DNA of 64,000 bases from Candidatus Saccharimonadota bacterium (GTDB taxonomy: Bacteria > Patescibacteriota > Saccharimonadia > Saccharimonadales > Saccharimonadaceae): assembly GCA_017536895.1 (NCBI GenBank), contig JAFWCN010000001.1:13943-77942 (forward strand). The letters are read 5' to 3'. A program made the translations under genes and the position numbers. This document shows, one piece after another, positions 18,656 through 28,795 of the stretch (position 1 is its first letter; each line of letters begins with the position of its first letter). The notes under the pieces were generated by a model that had not been told where the DNA came from, did no database searches, and worked only from the letters and a program-made list of their open reading frames with translations.

Positions 18656-19281
18656 AGGATAAATCCTCGGGTCTCGCGTAAGGCGAGACCCTTTTTCTTG
18701 GCATATGAAATAATTCTCTCGTGCTGGCATGGATCAGTTTCGAGTACTAAATGGTGAACTTCTCGTTCTGCTATTTGATCAATTAGCTTAAATATCAATT
18801 CTAGCCCCCCATCCTTTGCATAGAGCGCTAACGCTGGCTCTTTTGAGAGAGCTTCTTTATCAATCCAATCCCAGTTTTCATCTACATAGGGAAGATTTGC
18901 CACAATCAAATCAGGTTTAACCTTCACATTCTTAAGTAAGTCACTCTGCAAAAACTCTACTTCAGCTCCAAGCTCGGAAGCATTTTTCTGAGCAATTTTC
19001 AAAGCCTTATCAGAAACATCAGTTGCCACAATTTTAGCTTGCGACAACAATAAATCCAGTGTTATTGCTATGCATCCTGACCCCGTTCCCACATCCAGAA
19101 TCGTTATATCTTCTGGTAATTTTGGCTCGCTCGGCTTCACCCCTGGAAGAAACGGCTTCCCCATGATATTCAACACCGTATCAATCATCATCTCCGTCTC
19201 CGGACGGGGAATCAAAACGTCAGGAGTAATAATAAAATCTCGTCCGTAAAAATCCCGTTTATTTTGCAATGCTTCTTTCAT
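18640..19281 (-). CDS. prmC: Release factor glutamine methyltransferase (short form)
   Basis: [30 protein letters not shown]; coupled to prfA. Confidence 0.9.
   Translation of the reverse strand: MKEALQNKRDFYGRDFIITPDVLIPRPETEMMIDTVLNIMGKPFLPGVKPSEPKLPEDITILDVGTGSGCIAITLDLLLSQAKIVATDVSDKALKIAQKNASELGAEVEFLQSDLLKNVKVKPDLIVANLPYVDENWDWIDKEALSKEPALALYAKDGGLELIFKLIDQIAEREVHHLVLETDPCQHERIISYAKKKGLALRETRGFILYLSE
18669..18698 (+). terminator. Intrinsic terminator of htrA, lying within the prmC 3' end
   Basis: GGGTCTCGC-GTAAG-GCGAGACCC-TTTTTT. Confidence 0.7.
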
Positions 19282-20296
19282 GGTTAATCAACTCTGCCAA
19301 GATATCATCAATATCCCCATCCATCACCGCTGGAATATTGGACCTAGAATAGTGAATCCGATGATCAGTCACACGGTCTTGCGGGAAATTATAGGTTCGA
19401 ATCTTTTCGCTTCTATCGCCAGTGCCAATCAAAGACTTTCGCGCCTCAGAAGCATTCTTGCGCTCTTCTTCTTTCTTCTTTTCAAGCAACCTCGTTCTTA
19501 ATACGTTCATTGCTTTAACGCGGTTCTGTTGTTGCGAGCGCTCATCTTGCATTGCCACCACAATTCCAGTAGGGAGGTGTGTAATTCGTACTGCTGAATC
19601 AGTTGTATTCACCCCCTGACCACCATGTCCGCCCGAACGATAGATATCAATCCTGAGGTCTTCTGGTTTAATCTCTAGATCCTTTTCCGAAGCCTCCGGT
19701 AGCACCGCCACCGTCACTGTAGAAGTATGAATTCGCCCCTGCGATTCGGTCACCGGCACCCTTTGTACTCGGTGTACACCACCTTCAAACTTAAGTTGAC
19801 CATAAGCCTCATCGCCAGAAATCTTAAAAATCACTTCTTTCATTCCACCAGCCTCGTTTTGATTTTCAGAAATCAGCTCGAACTTCAGCCCATGCCTTTC
19901 AGCATACTTCATATACAAACGATAAAGTTCTGCCGCAAAAAGTGATGCCTCGTCACCACCCGCCCCTGCTCGGATTTCAAAAATCGCCGGCTTATCGTCT
20001 TCTGGGTCGCGCGGGATCAACAATTCCTCCATTTTTTCCTCAGCAACTTTGAGCTCATTTTTTAATTTTTCTGAGTCTTCTTTTGCAATCTCACCAAGCT
20101 CCGGGTCATTTAACAGGGAATTGGCCTCCTCTAAATTAGCTTTCAAACGTTCAATTTTTTTGTTCAAATCCAAAATCTCACGCAGTAGTGTGGCGCGCTT
20201 TGATTTCGCTGCAAACTCCGGATCGGCATAAGCATCAGGCTGAGCCAAAAAGTCTTCAATCTGACCGAGCTCCTCTTTAAAAATCTCTAAATCCAT
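19259..20296 (-). CDS. prfA: Peptide chain release factor 1
   Basis: RVPVTE (PxT motif of RF1), [21 protein letters not shown]. Confidence 0.97.
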   Translation of the reverse strand: MDLEIFKEELGQIEDFLAQPDAYADPEFAAKSKRATLLREILDLNKKIERLKANLEEANSLLNDPELGEIAKEDSEKLKNELKVAEEKMEELLIPRDPEDDKPAIFEIRAGAGGDEASLFAAELYRLYMKYAERHGLKFELISENQNEAGGMKEVIFKISGDEAYGQLKFEGGVHRVQRVPVTESQGRIHTSTVTVAVLPEASEKDLEIKPEDLRIDIYRSGGHGGQGVNTTDSAVRITHLPTGIVVAMQDERSQQQNRVKAMNVLRTRLLEKKKEEERKNASEARKSLIGTGDRSEKIRTYNFPQDRVTDHRIHYSRSNIPAVMDGDIDDILAELINHERSIAK

Positions 20297-20318
20297 GGTA
20301 TAATTATACCACACAAAT

Positions 20319-20395
20319 GGGGATTTAGCTCAGCTGGCTAGAGCGTACGATTCACATTCGTAAGGTCACAGGTTCAAGCCCTGTAATCCCCACCA
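20319..20395 (+). tRNA. tRNA-Val (CAC)
   Basis: GGGGATT acceptor, anticodon arm TACGA-TTCACAT-TCGTA, GGTTCAAGCC, encoded CCA. Confidence 0.95.
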
Positions 20396-20476
20396 GAATA
20401 GGAACTGAGAAAAATCTAAAGCCTGCTTTAGATTCTTTAAAGCAGCGCCCCTGATCTGTTTAACCATGGAGTAGAT

Positions 20477-21475
20477 ATGAAAAAATTACCAGTAGAAGAT
20501 GAATTCAACAATTTTGTTAAATGGATAACAGATAATTCCAATATCTCATTTTGGGATATATTACATCTTGAAAAGTTAGACCCAAACCACTTAAAACTAG
20601 TTTTTCATAAAGACGAGTGGGGCATATTTAAGCCAGATCAAATAGAGCCTGAGCTTCGCAAAGGCTTTTGGGGAAGAGAACAGTCGTTTGACGGTGTTTT
20701 ATTTGATATGTATCGCAACGGTGAGAATAAAAAAATTGAAACAATGACAGAGCTCAGAGGTAAAAGAGCGCGCCTAGCTAAGGACGACTATGCCTTTAAT
20801 TTTATTCCTTATCCTCACGGCAAGAAAACTTATTTATTAGTTTCAGCCTTTCGTGTAACCGACGCTAAGAATCGCATCGTTAAAAAAGAAGATTTATTAG
20901 AATACAGGCCGTTTCTTGGTAGACTTGTCATCAGTTTATATGATGGGCTAGTTAGACCACTGACCTTAAAAGACGCTAACCTTATCAAGAAACTTACCGT
21001 GTCAGAGCTACTTAGCATCCCGGCAAACAAGGCTTTCCCCGGTTACGATAAAGTTAAACTTCTCTACAAAGATTTAGAGGAGAAACTCAAAACTCCAGAG
21101 TGGGCCGAAAAACTTAAGGCCAAAAAAGGAATCTATGTAATCGCTGACCAGAAAACCGGTAAGCTCTACGTAGGTTCGGCTTCAGGTGAAGAAGGCATTT
21201 ATGGACGCTGGAGTGACTATGTTAATACCAAAGGTAATTTCAAAACGTTATTAAACGACGAGAAAGAAATAATCTATCCCAATAAAGGCTTCCAAAAACT
21301 GATTAAGACAACTGGCAGCAAAGAGCATATCGAGCAGTTTTTCCAGTTTTCACTCTTAGAAACTTTCGACCCCGACATGATGGACTCTGAGGAGCTAAAG
21401 AAATACATACTTAGAAGGGAAGGATGGTGGAAGGAAGTTTTATTGACCAAGGAATTCGGATACAACGGTAATTAA
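20477..21475 (+). CDS. GIY-YIG nuclease family protein
   Basis: KGIYVIADQKTGKLYVGSA..GRWSDY, later REGWWK..GYNGN. Confidence 0.85.
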   Translation: MKKLPVEDEFNNFVKWITDNSNISFWDILHLEKLDPNHLKLVFHKDEWGIFKPDQIEPELRKGFWGREQSFDGVLFDMYRNGENKKIETMTELRGKRARLAKDDYAFNFIPYPHGKKTYLLVSAFRVTDAKNRIVKKEDLLEYRPFLGRLVISLYDGLVRPLTLKDANLIKKLTVSELLSIPANKAFPGYDKVKLLYKDLEEKLKTPEWAEKLKAKKGIYVIADQKTGKLYVGSASGEEGIYGRWSDYVNTKGNFKTLLNDEKEIIYPNKGFQKLIKTTGSKEHIEQFFQFSLLETFDPDMMDSEELKKYILRREGWWKEVLLTKEFGYNGN

Positions 21476-21487
21476 AAAAAGATAAAA

Positions 21488-21904
21488 ATGAACATCTATC
21501 TAGACATCGACGGAGTATTAAGAGGAGTAGCCTCGCCAGTTGAAGACGTGGCAGAACTGCTCAACTATATTATTATTAATTATCCAGATACTACCTACTG
21601 GCTTACTACTCATTGCCGGCAAGGCTACAACCACACTAAGAACGCATTGCTAGATTCCGAACTTCCCAGAGAACTCGTCGAAAAAGCCAGCGAAGTTATT
21701 AAACCCACCGATTTCGGCGTCCTCAAAACTGAGGGAATTGACTTCACAAAACCCTTCATTTGGCTAGATGACAACCTCTTTGAAAGTGAACAAAAAGTGC
21801 TAGAAGAACATAATTGTCTCTCAAGCCACTACCTCATGAATCCTCGCGACCCCGAAATGGCTAAAAAAGCCTTGGCCTCACTTAAAACCCTCAAAGAAGT
21901 ATAA
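21488..21904 (+). CDS. HAD-superfamily phosphatase (Swiss-army-knife RNA repair-like)
   Basis: IYLDIDGVL, WLTTH, FIWLDD. Confidence 0.75.
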   Translation: MNIYLDIDGVLRGVASPVEDVAELLNYIIINYPDTTYWLTTHCRQGYNHTKNALLDSELPRELVEKASEVIKPTDFGVLKTEGIDFTKPFIWLDDNLFESEQKVLEEHNCLSSHYLMNPRDPEMAKKALASLKTLKEV

Positions 21905-21964
21905 TTACTCCCACTTGCATTTCTTCCTCCCACAGAGTATACTTAACCAAACAAGAGGAGGAAT

Positions 21965-22726
21965 ATGCTAACACCATCAGAAATTGCTGCAAAAACCATT
22001 GAAACCGGAAAAATCAAAGCCAACTTGCCTTGGTGGAAGATGATTTTGCTTGGCATCTTTGCTGGTATGTTTATCGCCTCCGCCGGTGTCGGCGCCACAT
22101 TTGGCAATGTCTACGGTGGCAAAATCGCTGGCGCCTGTATCTTTACTGCTGGCCTCGCTATGGTGGTAGTGGCCGGCAGCGAGCTCTTCACTGGCAATAA
22201 TCTCATGGTTATGGCCCTTTTTAATCGCAAAATCAAACTTCACCAACTTCTCAAAAATTGGCTTTTTGTATTCTTGGGCAACTTCATCGGAGCATTATTT
22301 GTCGCTGTAGTAGCAGTGATAAGCGGCGCTTTTGATCGAATTCCCGACACCATAGTCGCCACCGCAAACGCCAAGGTGAATCTCGGTTTTTTCGAGGCAC
22401 TTCTAAAAGGTATCATGTGTAATTTCCTCGTGTGTATTGCAGTCTGGATGGCTACCGCCGCCAGCACCGTTACTGGCAAAATCGCCGCCGTATTCCTACC
22501 TATCATGCTCTTCGTCCTCTGTGGTTTCGAGCACTCCATCGCTAACATGTTCTACATTCCAGCCGGCATGATCACCGGCGCAATCAACGGTATCTTCGCC
22601 CCCACCATCACCGAATTCCTCTTAAATAACCTCCTACCCGTCACCATCGGCAACATCATCGGCGGCGCTATTATTGTCGCCGGCGGCTACTATCTTGCCT
22701 ACCATCCGCCAAAATCAAAAGCATAA
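21965..22726 (+). CDS. focA: Formate/nitrite transporter (FNT family)
   Basis: GSELFTGN, VFLGNFIGA, KGIMCNFLVC, GFEHSIANM, GNIIGG. Confidence 0.9.
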   Translation: MLTPSEIAAKTIETGKIKANLPWWKMILLGIFAGMFIASAGVGATFGNVYGGKIAGACIFTAGLAMVVVAGSELFTGNNLMVMALFNRKIKLHQLLKNWLFVFLGNFIGALFVAVVAVISGAFDRIPDTIVATANAKVNLGFFEALLKGIMCNFLVCIAVWMATAASTVTGKIAAVFLPIMLFVLCGFEHSIANMFYIPAGMITGAINGIFAPTITEFLLNNLLPVTIGNIIGGAIIVAGGYYLAYHPPKSKA

Positions 22727-22796
22727 CGCTTACTTATTGAAAAAAAGTACCGAAAATAGTAAAATAAAAATAAGCATAATTAAAAGAGGTTTTATA

Positions 22797-24989
22797 ATGG
22801 ATCCAAATAAAATATCAAAACCAGATTTTCAAGCCGCCGAACAAAAGATTCAAGAGGATCACAAGAAGGAAGTCGAAAGGCGCTTATCTCGTATGGCATG
22901 GCGTTCATTTGAGACCGATAGCTATCGTAGCAATGATTATCGTAATGAACCAATCCCGGACAATGTATTATTTGATTTTGATGAAATATTTGATAATCTA
23001 GATGAACTTGAGGACACTGATGATTTAGCTAATCAAACATCTGAACGCTTGAAAACTGCAGAAAATGCCATGCGTGATTTGATACATGAAAATTTCGTGA
23101 CTAGTGCTAGGGAATACGGTAGACTAATGAAAGCTGAATCAGATAATGAAATAATTCTCAAAAATGCCATCCTGAATGCGAAAATATTAACCGGAAACAA
23201 AACAGCGAATCGCAGCAAAAAAGCACCACTGCCAGATATAATTAGAGGTAATTTACGGAAAATTGAAGCACAAAAAGAAAAACTTGCTTATGAATCCCCC
23301 GAAAGTTATACCGTAGTTAAAGGCATGGAATTCAGGAACCATATTAAAGAAGTTCAAAACAATGAGATGGTCACCACGGCATACGTAAAAAGCAAATATG
23401 AAGAATTACGAGAAAACATGGAAAAAGGCGAACCTTCATTTATCCATGGACATCTTGGCAGTGGTAAAACAGAACTTGCCATTATGACGGCAAAGCACAC
23501 AGCTATCTCTAATGCAGCCATCAAAAACGCAAGGGAAGAATTAAAAAAACATATTGATAACCATCCAGGATTGTCTGGAAAGGAATGTCGCGACGCGTTA
23601 GGTAGGTTTTATCGACTGAATAAAACAAAACTTGAAAAAGCATTTCATGATGGCGACAAAAAAACAATCGAAAGTTATGGTCCACTAATTATCTCTGGCT
23701 CCAAAGACATCGAAACCCAAGACTTATTTGCGGATAAAACATTAAAACTGACCAAGTTTAACGGCAAAGAGCTTCTCGAACATAAGGAAGACTTAGATTC
23801 CGAGATTAAAAAATGGATGGACGAGCATCAGGGCGAACTTGATGAATTAAATGATAAAGAAAGAAACCTTAGAATTAGTGAAGAATCTCACAAAATAGTT
23901 GAATTATACAAATTAAAGAATCAAGCCTTTGGTACCGAAGTTGAAATAGTAGAAAATGCAATTTATAAGGGGATTAAGCAGGGTCGTCCAGTCATCATAG
24001 ATGAAGTAAACACAATCCCAGCAGGAATATTATTATCGCTTAACGATGTGCTGCAACGTCATCCAGGTGACCAGTGTTATATTCCAGGTGTTGGGCCAAC
24101 CGAAATAAAAGAAGGCTTCTCTGTTACCATGACCGGCAACTTGCCTTATGGTAATGTGAATTATAGAGATCGCGAAGAATTGGATCCAGCATGGGTCGAC
24201 CGTTTAAGAAGCAAAATAGAATATGATTATTTGCCAATGTCCAAAAGTGGCAAGCGCCTAGAGCAGACCAATATGGAGGGCAATGAATTATTCCAGGCAA
24301 TCATTGCATATTTGGCAGACCGGCAGGGCAATTTGGAACTTCCAGAAATGGAAAAATCATTAGATAAAATATTTGCGCTATGTCAAGTAGCACATGTCTC
24401 ACAATTAGTTTTTAAAGGTGACTGGGATGAAAGCAAAACATCTTCTGGTGATACCGTAGAAACTAACCTCGAAGCCTCAGTTTTGTCCATGCGTGGGATA
24501 TTAAGAGTATTAAAAGAATGGAATAAGGGCAGCGATAAGAATTTAGATCAAGCCTTATGGGATGGCCATATTGGACAAACAATTATACCAGAAGACCGCA
24601 AAACTCTACTCATGATTGCACGAAACTATGGCTTCTTCTCTGATAAAGATGGTTGGAAAATCAACTTTGACGACGAATCTATTAATAGCAGTATTTCTCT
24701 GAATAGAATCCATCCAGGAGCTTTTTATCATGAACCAAAGCCGCTAGAAGTATATAGCTTACGAGAAGTTGTCGATGCTGTTTATGGCAAACGCCCTGAA
24801 AGGGAAATCTACCCAGACGATATCGACTTTGAAGAAATCGAAGATTTAGCAGACGACAGCATTGACATGGAGGATCTTATCGAAGCAGAAGAAAGAATCA
24901 AAGAGACATCCAAAACCATCAAAGCTCTTGAAGTACTAGCGGAACAATGTGGTTGTAACAACACCGATAGTTCTGATGAGGCAGAATAA
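22797..24989 (+). CDS. MoxR/AAA_5-like AAA+ ATPase with large helical insertions
   Basis: Walker A GHLGSGKTE, Walker B VIIDEVN, SLNDVL, sensor MTGN, LDPAWVDR. Confidence 0.85.
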   Translation: MDPNKISKPDFQAAEQKIQEDHKKEVERRLSRMAWRSFETDSYRSNDYRNEPIPDNVLFDFDEIFDNLDELEDTDDLANQTSERLKTAENAMRDLIHENFVTSAREYGRLMKAESDNEIILKNAILNAKILTGNKTANRSKKAPLPDIIRGNLRKIEAQKEKLAYESPESYTVVKGMEFRNHIKEVQNNEMVTTAYVKSKYEELRENMEKGEPSFIHGHLGSGKTELAIMTAKHTAISNAAIKNAREELKKHIDNHPGLSGKECRDALGRFYRLNKTKLEKAFHDGDKKTIESYGPLIISGSKDIETQDLFADKTLKLTKFNGKELLEHKEDLDSEIKKWMDEHQGELDELNDKERNLRISEESHKIVELYKLKNQAFGTEVEIVENAIYKGIKQGRPVIIDEVNTIPAGILLSLNDVLQRHPGDQCYIPGVGPTEIKEGFSVTMTGNLPYGNVNYRDREELDPAWVDRLRSKIEYDYLPMSKSGKRLEQTNMEGNELFQAIIAYLADRQGNLELPEMEKSLDKIFALCQVAHVSQLVFKGDWDESKTSSGDTVETNLEASVLSMRGILRVLKEWNKGSDKNLDQALWDGHIGQTIIPEDRKTLLMIARNYGFFSDKDGWKINFDDESINSSISLNRIHPGAFYHEPKPLEVYSLREVVDAVYGKRPEREIYPDDIDFEEIEDLADDSIDMEDLIEAEERIKETSKTIKALEVLAEQCGCNNTDSSDEAE

Positions 24990-26317
24990 TGAATTGTAAT
25001 GAACTCCACAAAGACATCGCCGAGCTAAAAGCTTCTTGCGCCACTTTGCAAGAGGGCTACAACCGCATGAACAATGAACTATCCGGCAAAGCTGATTTCA
25101 GAAACAACTATCATAAAACAGAACAACTAAGTGATAAAACCCTGGAAAAATACCTCTCAGATTTTACTGAAAAAAACCCCGAATTGTTCTCATGGAAGTT
25201 AGATAAAAAATTAGAGTATTTCAAAGGTCTTTTTGGCAAACAGATTGAAGGAGCAACCATAACTAAAAGAACGTCAAATGGCAACATAATAGTATTGTCA
25301 GATAGCCCATATCCGGGAGATAACTGTATGTTTTATGAATACAGCTTGGACGACTTCGATAACTTAGTTCTCAAAAGAAGTTCTTTCGAAATAAAAGATA
25401 AGCGAGTTTTAGTTCAGACAGTTTTTACGCCATTGCCAGATGGGGCGGTTCTCGTTGGTGGAGCAAATATACTATACGAGATTAAAGAAGATGACAGAAG
25501 TAAAACGCATTTATCTGATTATAAATCAGAAATATTTGTGGATAAGCCAAGAGCAATCAGCGCCGTTGCTCCTTTACCAAACGGAGGTATACTAATCGGA
25601 GGAGAAGACGGCGAAATATGTGAAGGCAGAAAGAATCCACACACTAAAAGGTGGGAAATAGTTAAATCTCTTGAAAGAGAAGAATATTCTCCTCCAGTTA
25701 CATGTATTACTGAAATGCCTGACGGAGCAATGCTAGTGGCTTGTGAGAAATACATCTACGAGTGTAGAGAAAATGACGAAGGGGATTGGGAACTAGGTGA
25801 AGGAATAAATGGTTTCGTGACCCATGATGGATATGAAGACGAAGTTAAAAGCATATTCCAACTGTCTGACGAAAAGATGCTGATTATTGGGTGTAAAGAC
25901 GCTATATATGAATACAACAAGAATTCAGAAGGAGACTGGGAAATCGGAGAAAAAAGAATAGGCCCACCAAACATAAATCCATATTTCGTCACCCAATTAC
26001 CAAATAATGAAGTTATAATACTGGGTGAAGGGCAGACATTTGTATACAAAAAAAATCGTAACGGATGGACTTTAATTGAGGATGAAACAATAAGCGACGC
26101 TTTCGAAAAAGAATGTGACGAATGGCCAGATTATATTATACCGCTTGAGAGTAACAAAATTGTTGTAGGGGGGGTGAAATGGAAGGAAATTGAAGATGGA
26201 TATCCAGAATCAGAGGATACGGTAATGCTATTTAGCCAGCCAGAACAAACAGTAGAAGGGTTAAAACAACACCTAGACATCATTATTGAAAAAGGAGATT
26301 CTAATGAATTGCAATGA
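24989..26317 (+). CDS. Variable beta-propeller-like protein 1
   Basis: Conserved N-terminal MNCNEL..NPELF.W module; about 7 LPxGx(L/I)(L/I)xG repeats; C-terminal LKQHLDIIIEKG. Confidence 0.75.
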   Translation: MNCNELHKDIAELKASCATLQEGYNRMNNELSGKADFRNNYHKTEQLSDKTLEKYLSDFTEKNPELFSWKLDKKLEYFKGLFGKQIEGATITKRTSNGNIIVLSDSPYPGDNCMFYEYSLDDFDNLVLKRSSFEIKDKRVLVQTVFTPLPDGAVLVGGANILYEIKEDDRSKTHLSDYKSEIFVDKPRAISAVAPLPNGGILIGGEDGEICEGRKNPHTKRWEIVKSLEREEYSPPVTCITEMPDGAMLVACEKYIYECRENDEGDWELGEGINGFVTHDGYEDEVKSIFQLSDEKMLIIGCKDAIYEYNKNSEGDWEIGEKRIGPPNINPYFVTQLPNNEVIILGEGQTFVYKKNRNGWTLIEDETISDAFEKECDEWPDYIIPLESNKIVVGGVKWKEIEDGYPESEDTVMLFSQPEQTVEGLKQHLDIIIEKGDSNELQ

Positions 26318-27479
26318 ACTCCGCAAAAGTATCGACGAGCTAAAATCTTCTTGCGCCACTTTACAAGAGAGCTACAACCGCATGAACAATGAACTATCCG
26401 GCAAAGCTGATTTCAGAAACAACTATCATAAAACGGCACAACTAAGCGACAAAATCTTAGAAAGATACATTCCCAACTTCATAGAAAAGAACCCTGAACT
26501 ATTTGATTGGCAACTAGGGAAAAAGATAGAAGGTTTTAAGGATATGAGCAACGAGGATATCCGACGAGTTACATCTGCAGAATGTCTATCTGATGGGAAT
26601 TTGCTTGTCACAGGTTTCCCCAAAGGAAGTAGGCGACCATATCTTTACATATGCCAATTTGATGAGGCTAACAATATTGAAACAATAGATGAAATTAGTA
26701 TAGCCGGCATTAAAGGCTATAGAACCGCTAGCTATGCCACATTGACAAGCACACAATTGACGGAAGATACGGTATTAATTGGCGGCGGAGACGGATTATT
26801 ATGCGAATGCATAAAAGACGAAACTGGAGATTGGCAGTTAGGTGAAAAAATTGATGGCATCAGTGACAACCATGACATAATGGCTATTGGGGCGGTTTCT
26901 GATAAAAAAGTTTTAGTCAGCACTAATCTCGGCTTTGTCTATGAGTATCTCAAAGATGAAGCTGGAAGATGGGTAAAAAAGAGTTTAATAGCGTCTTACC
27001 TTGAAGGAGTTATAAAAACAATTACTAGATTACCGGATAACAATATACTACTATGTGGCCTTAACGCTCTATATGAATACAAAAAAAATCAGGAAGGGGA
27101 GTGGACTATTATCGACCAACGTGCCAGCTCCTCAGATACAGCTCGAGACGAAATAGATTTTACATATTCAGTTGAATTATCCGACGACAAGATACTGCTA
27201 GGGGAAAGATTTGGCCCTCTCTATGAATTTAGTAAAGACTCAGACGATAAATGGTCATTAAACGAAATTGACGATAAGCCCATCTGCGGTGAATATAAAG
27301 AAATATATGGTTCTACTCCTGAATATATACTAAAACTCTCCGACGATAAACTTTTGGCTGTGGGGGAAAATAATAATCATGAACGCGTTTTGCATGAACT
27401 TATAAAACCATCACTAATCCCACTAGAGACCTTAAAACAAAGCTTAAATAGAATCATTGAAAAAGGAGAAACCCAATGA
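26304..27479 (+). CDS. Variable beta-propeller-like protein 2
   Basis: Same N- and C-terminal modules, about 6 repeats; ATG 26304 after AAAGGAG. Confidence 0.75.
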   Translation: MNCNELRKSIDELKSSCATLQESYNRMNNELSGKADFRNNYHKTAQLSDKILERYIPNFIEKNPELFDWQLGKKIEGFKDMSNEDIRRVTSAECLSDGNLLVTGFPKGSRRPYLYICQFDEANNIETIDEISIAGIKGYRTASYATLTSTQLTEDTVLIGGGDGLLCECIKDETGDWQLGEKIDGISDNHDIMAIGAVSDKKVLVSTNLGFVYEYLKDEAGRWVKKSLIASYLEGVIKTITRLPDNNILLCGLNALYEYKKNQEGEWTIIDQRASSSDTARDEIDFTYSVELSDDKILLGERFGPLYEFSKDSDDKWSLNEIDDKPICGEYKEIYGSTPEYILKLSDDKLLAVGENNNHERVLHELIKPSLIPLETLKQSLNRIIEKGETQ

Positions 27480-28795
27480 TCTGTGATGAACTCCGTAAAG
27501 ATATAGCAGCAATCAAGTCCTCTCGTTCTGCCATGCAGGAAAGGTATGATCACATGAATAAAACCGGCACCAGCGGCAAGGCGGATTTTGTAGAGTCCAG
27601 AATTACAGCCGAAAAGTTAGTTGATGAGATTCTCGAAAAATACCTCCCCGACTTCGCCGAAAAAAACCCCGAGCTTTTCAACTGGTATCCTAATCAGGAG
27701 ATTAAGCTTAATGAAAGGGCTGTTTTTTCCATCAATAATAACGGCAACGAAAGAATAATTGTCGGACAGCCAGGCTGTCTAGTTGAGATATCTACCACCA
27801 AGAATGGACAATATAAAGTGAATACATTTAATGCGCATGAAGAATGGACGTACACCCCTCTTTTAGATGTGCTAACAGTTTTTTCTAAGGATAAAATACT
27901 ATTGGGTGATGGTCTTCATAAAGAAATAAATATCTGCGAAAAAGACTCAATGGGAAAATGGAACTTAACCGCAACAATCGAAAAACTAAACAATGAAGAA
28001 GGGGATAAATGTAGCCCAAACGTAGCTATTGGACTTCCAAACAAAAGAATCCTCATTGGGGGTGATAACGGAATGTTAAATATTTGTGGTCGCGACATGC
28101 TCGGCAGATGGAAAATACTCGAGAAAATACCAGGGTTAAAAGACAAGGATGGGGAATTAAGCAGCGTAAACGCTTTTCATGTTCTTTCAGACAATAATAT
28201 ATTAATCGGTGGAAGCCGAATCCTCTATAGACTTTCAAGAAATACTACTACCGATAAATGGGTGTTGTCTGACGAAAGCGAGAAAGTATTTAACGACGAC
28301 GATAGTCATTATGTTAGAGACATCAAGACGATGCCAAATGGGAATCTATTAATCTGTACCGATGAAGCTATCTACGAAGAAAAGTATACTAATGAAGATG
28401 AATTTGAACGAATAAGTGCCTATAAAGAAGGAAGACATTGGGGGATAATAGGAGATAATAGATACGAAAATTTCCGGAAAGTATTACCGGTCGCTGATAA
28501 CAACATCATTGTCTTGTTGAAAAATGGCGCTCGCGACACAACATCTCTGTACAGTTTCAAAAAAGATGATAATGGGCGATGGTCTATTACTCAAGAACTA
28601 GGCTATTTTGACAAAGAAACAGACGAAGACGGTAATACTATAGCCGATAACAGAATAGAGGACATTATAGCATCACCGAACGGGGGTTTTATCATAGCAA
28701 AAAGAGGCTCATTGGTCGAATATATGCACCGTGCAGATTCAGTTGAAGAATTAAAGAATAATCTAGATAAAATAATAGAAAAAGGAGAAGCCTAA
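27476..28795 (+). CDS. Variable beta-propeller-like protein 3
   Basis: MICDEL..NPELFNW N-terminus, about 7 repeats, LKNNLDKIIEKG C-terminus. Confidence 0.75.
   Translation: MICDELRKDIAAIKSSRSAMQERYDHMNKTGTSGKADFVESRITAEKLVDEILEKYLPDFAEKNPELFNWYPNQEIKLNERAVFSINNNGNERIIVGQPGCLVEISTTKNGQYKVNTFNAHEEWTYTPLLDVLTVFSKDKILLGDGLHKEINICEKDSMGKWNLTATIEKLNNEEGDKCSPNVAIGLPNKRILIGGDNGMLNICGRDMLGRWKILEKIPGLKDKDGELSSVNAFHVLSDNNILIGGSRILYRLSRNTTTDKWVLSDESEKVFNDDDSHYVRDIKTMPNGNLLICTDEAIYEEKYTNEDEFERISAYKEGRHWGIIGDNRYENFRKVLPVADNNIIVLLKNGARDTTSLYSFKKDDNGRWSITQELGYFDKETDEDGNTIADNRIEDIIASPNGGFIIAKRGSLVEYMHRADSVEELKNNLDKIIEKGEA

Noticed and set aside
24989-28795. Diversity-generating retroelement explaining the variable paralogs
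   Set aside because: No RT or template repeat in the window; the shared DNA is at the 5' ends, and I saw no sign of adenine-specific variation
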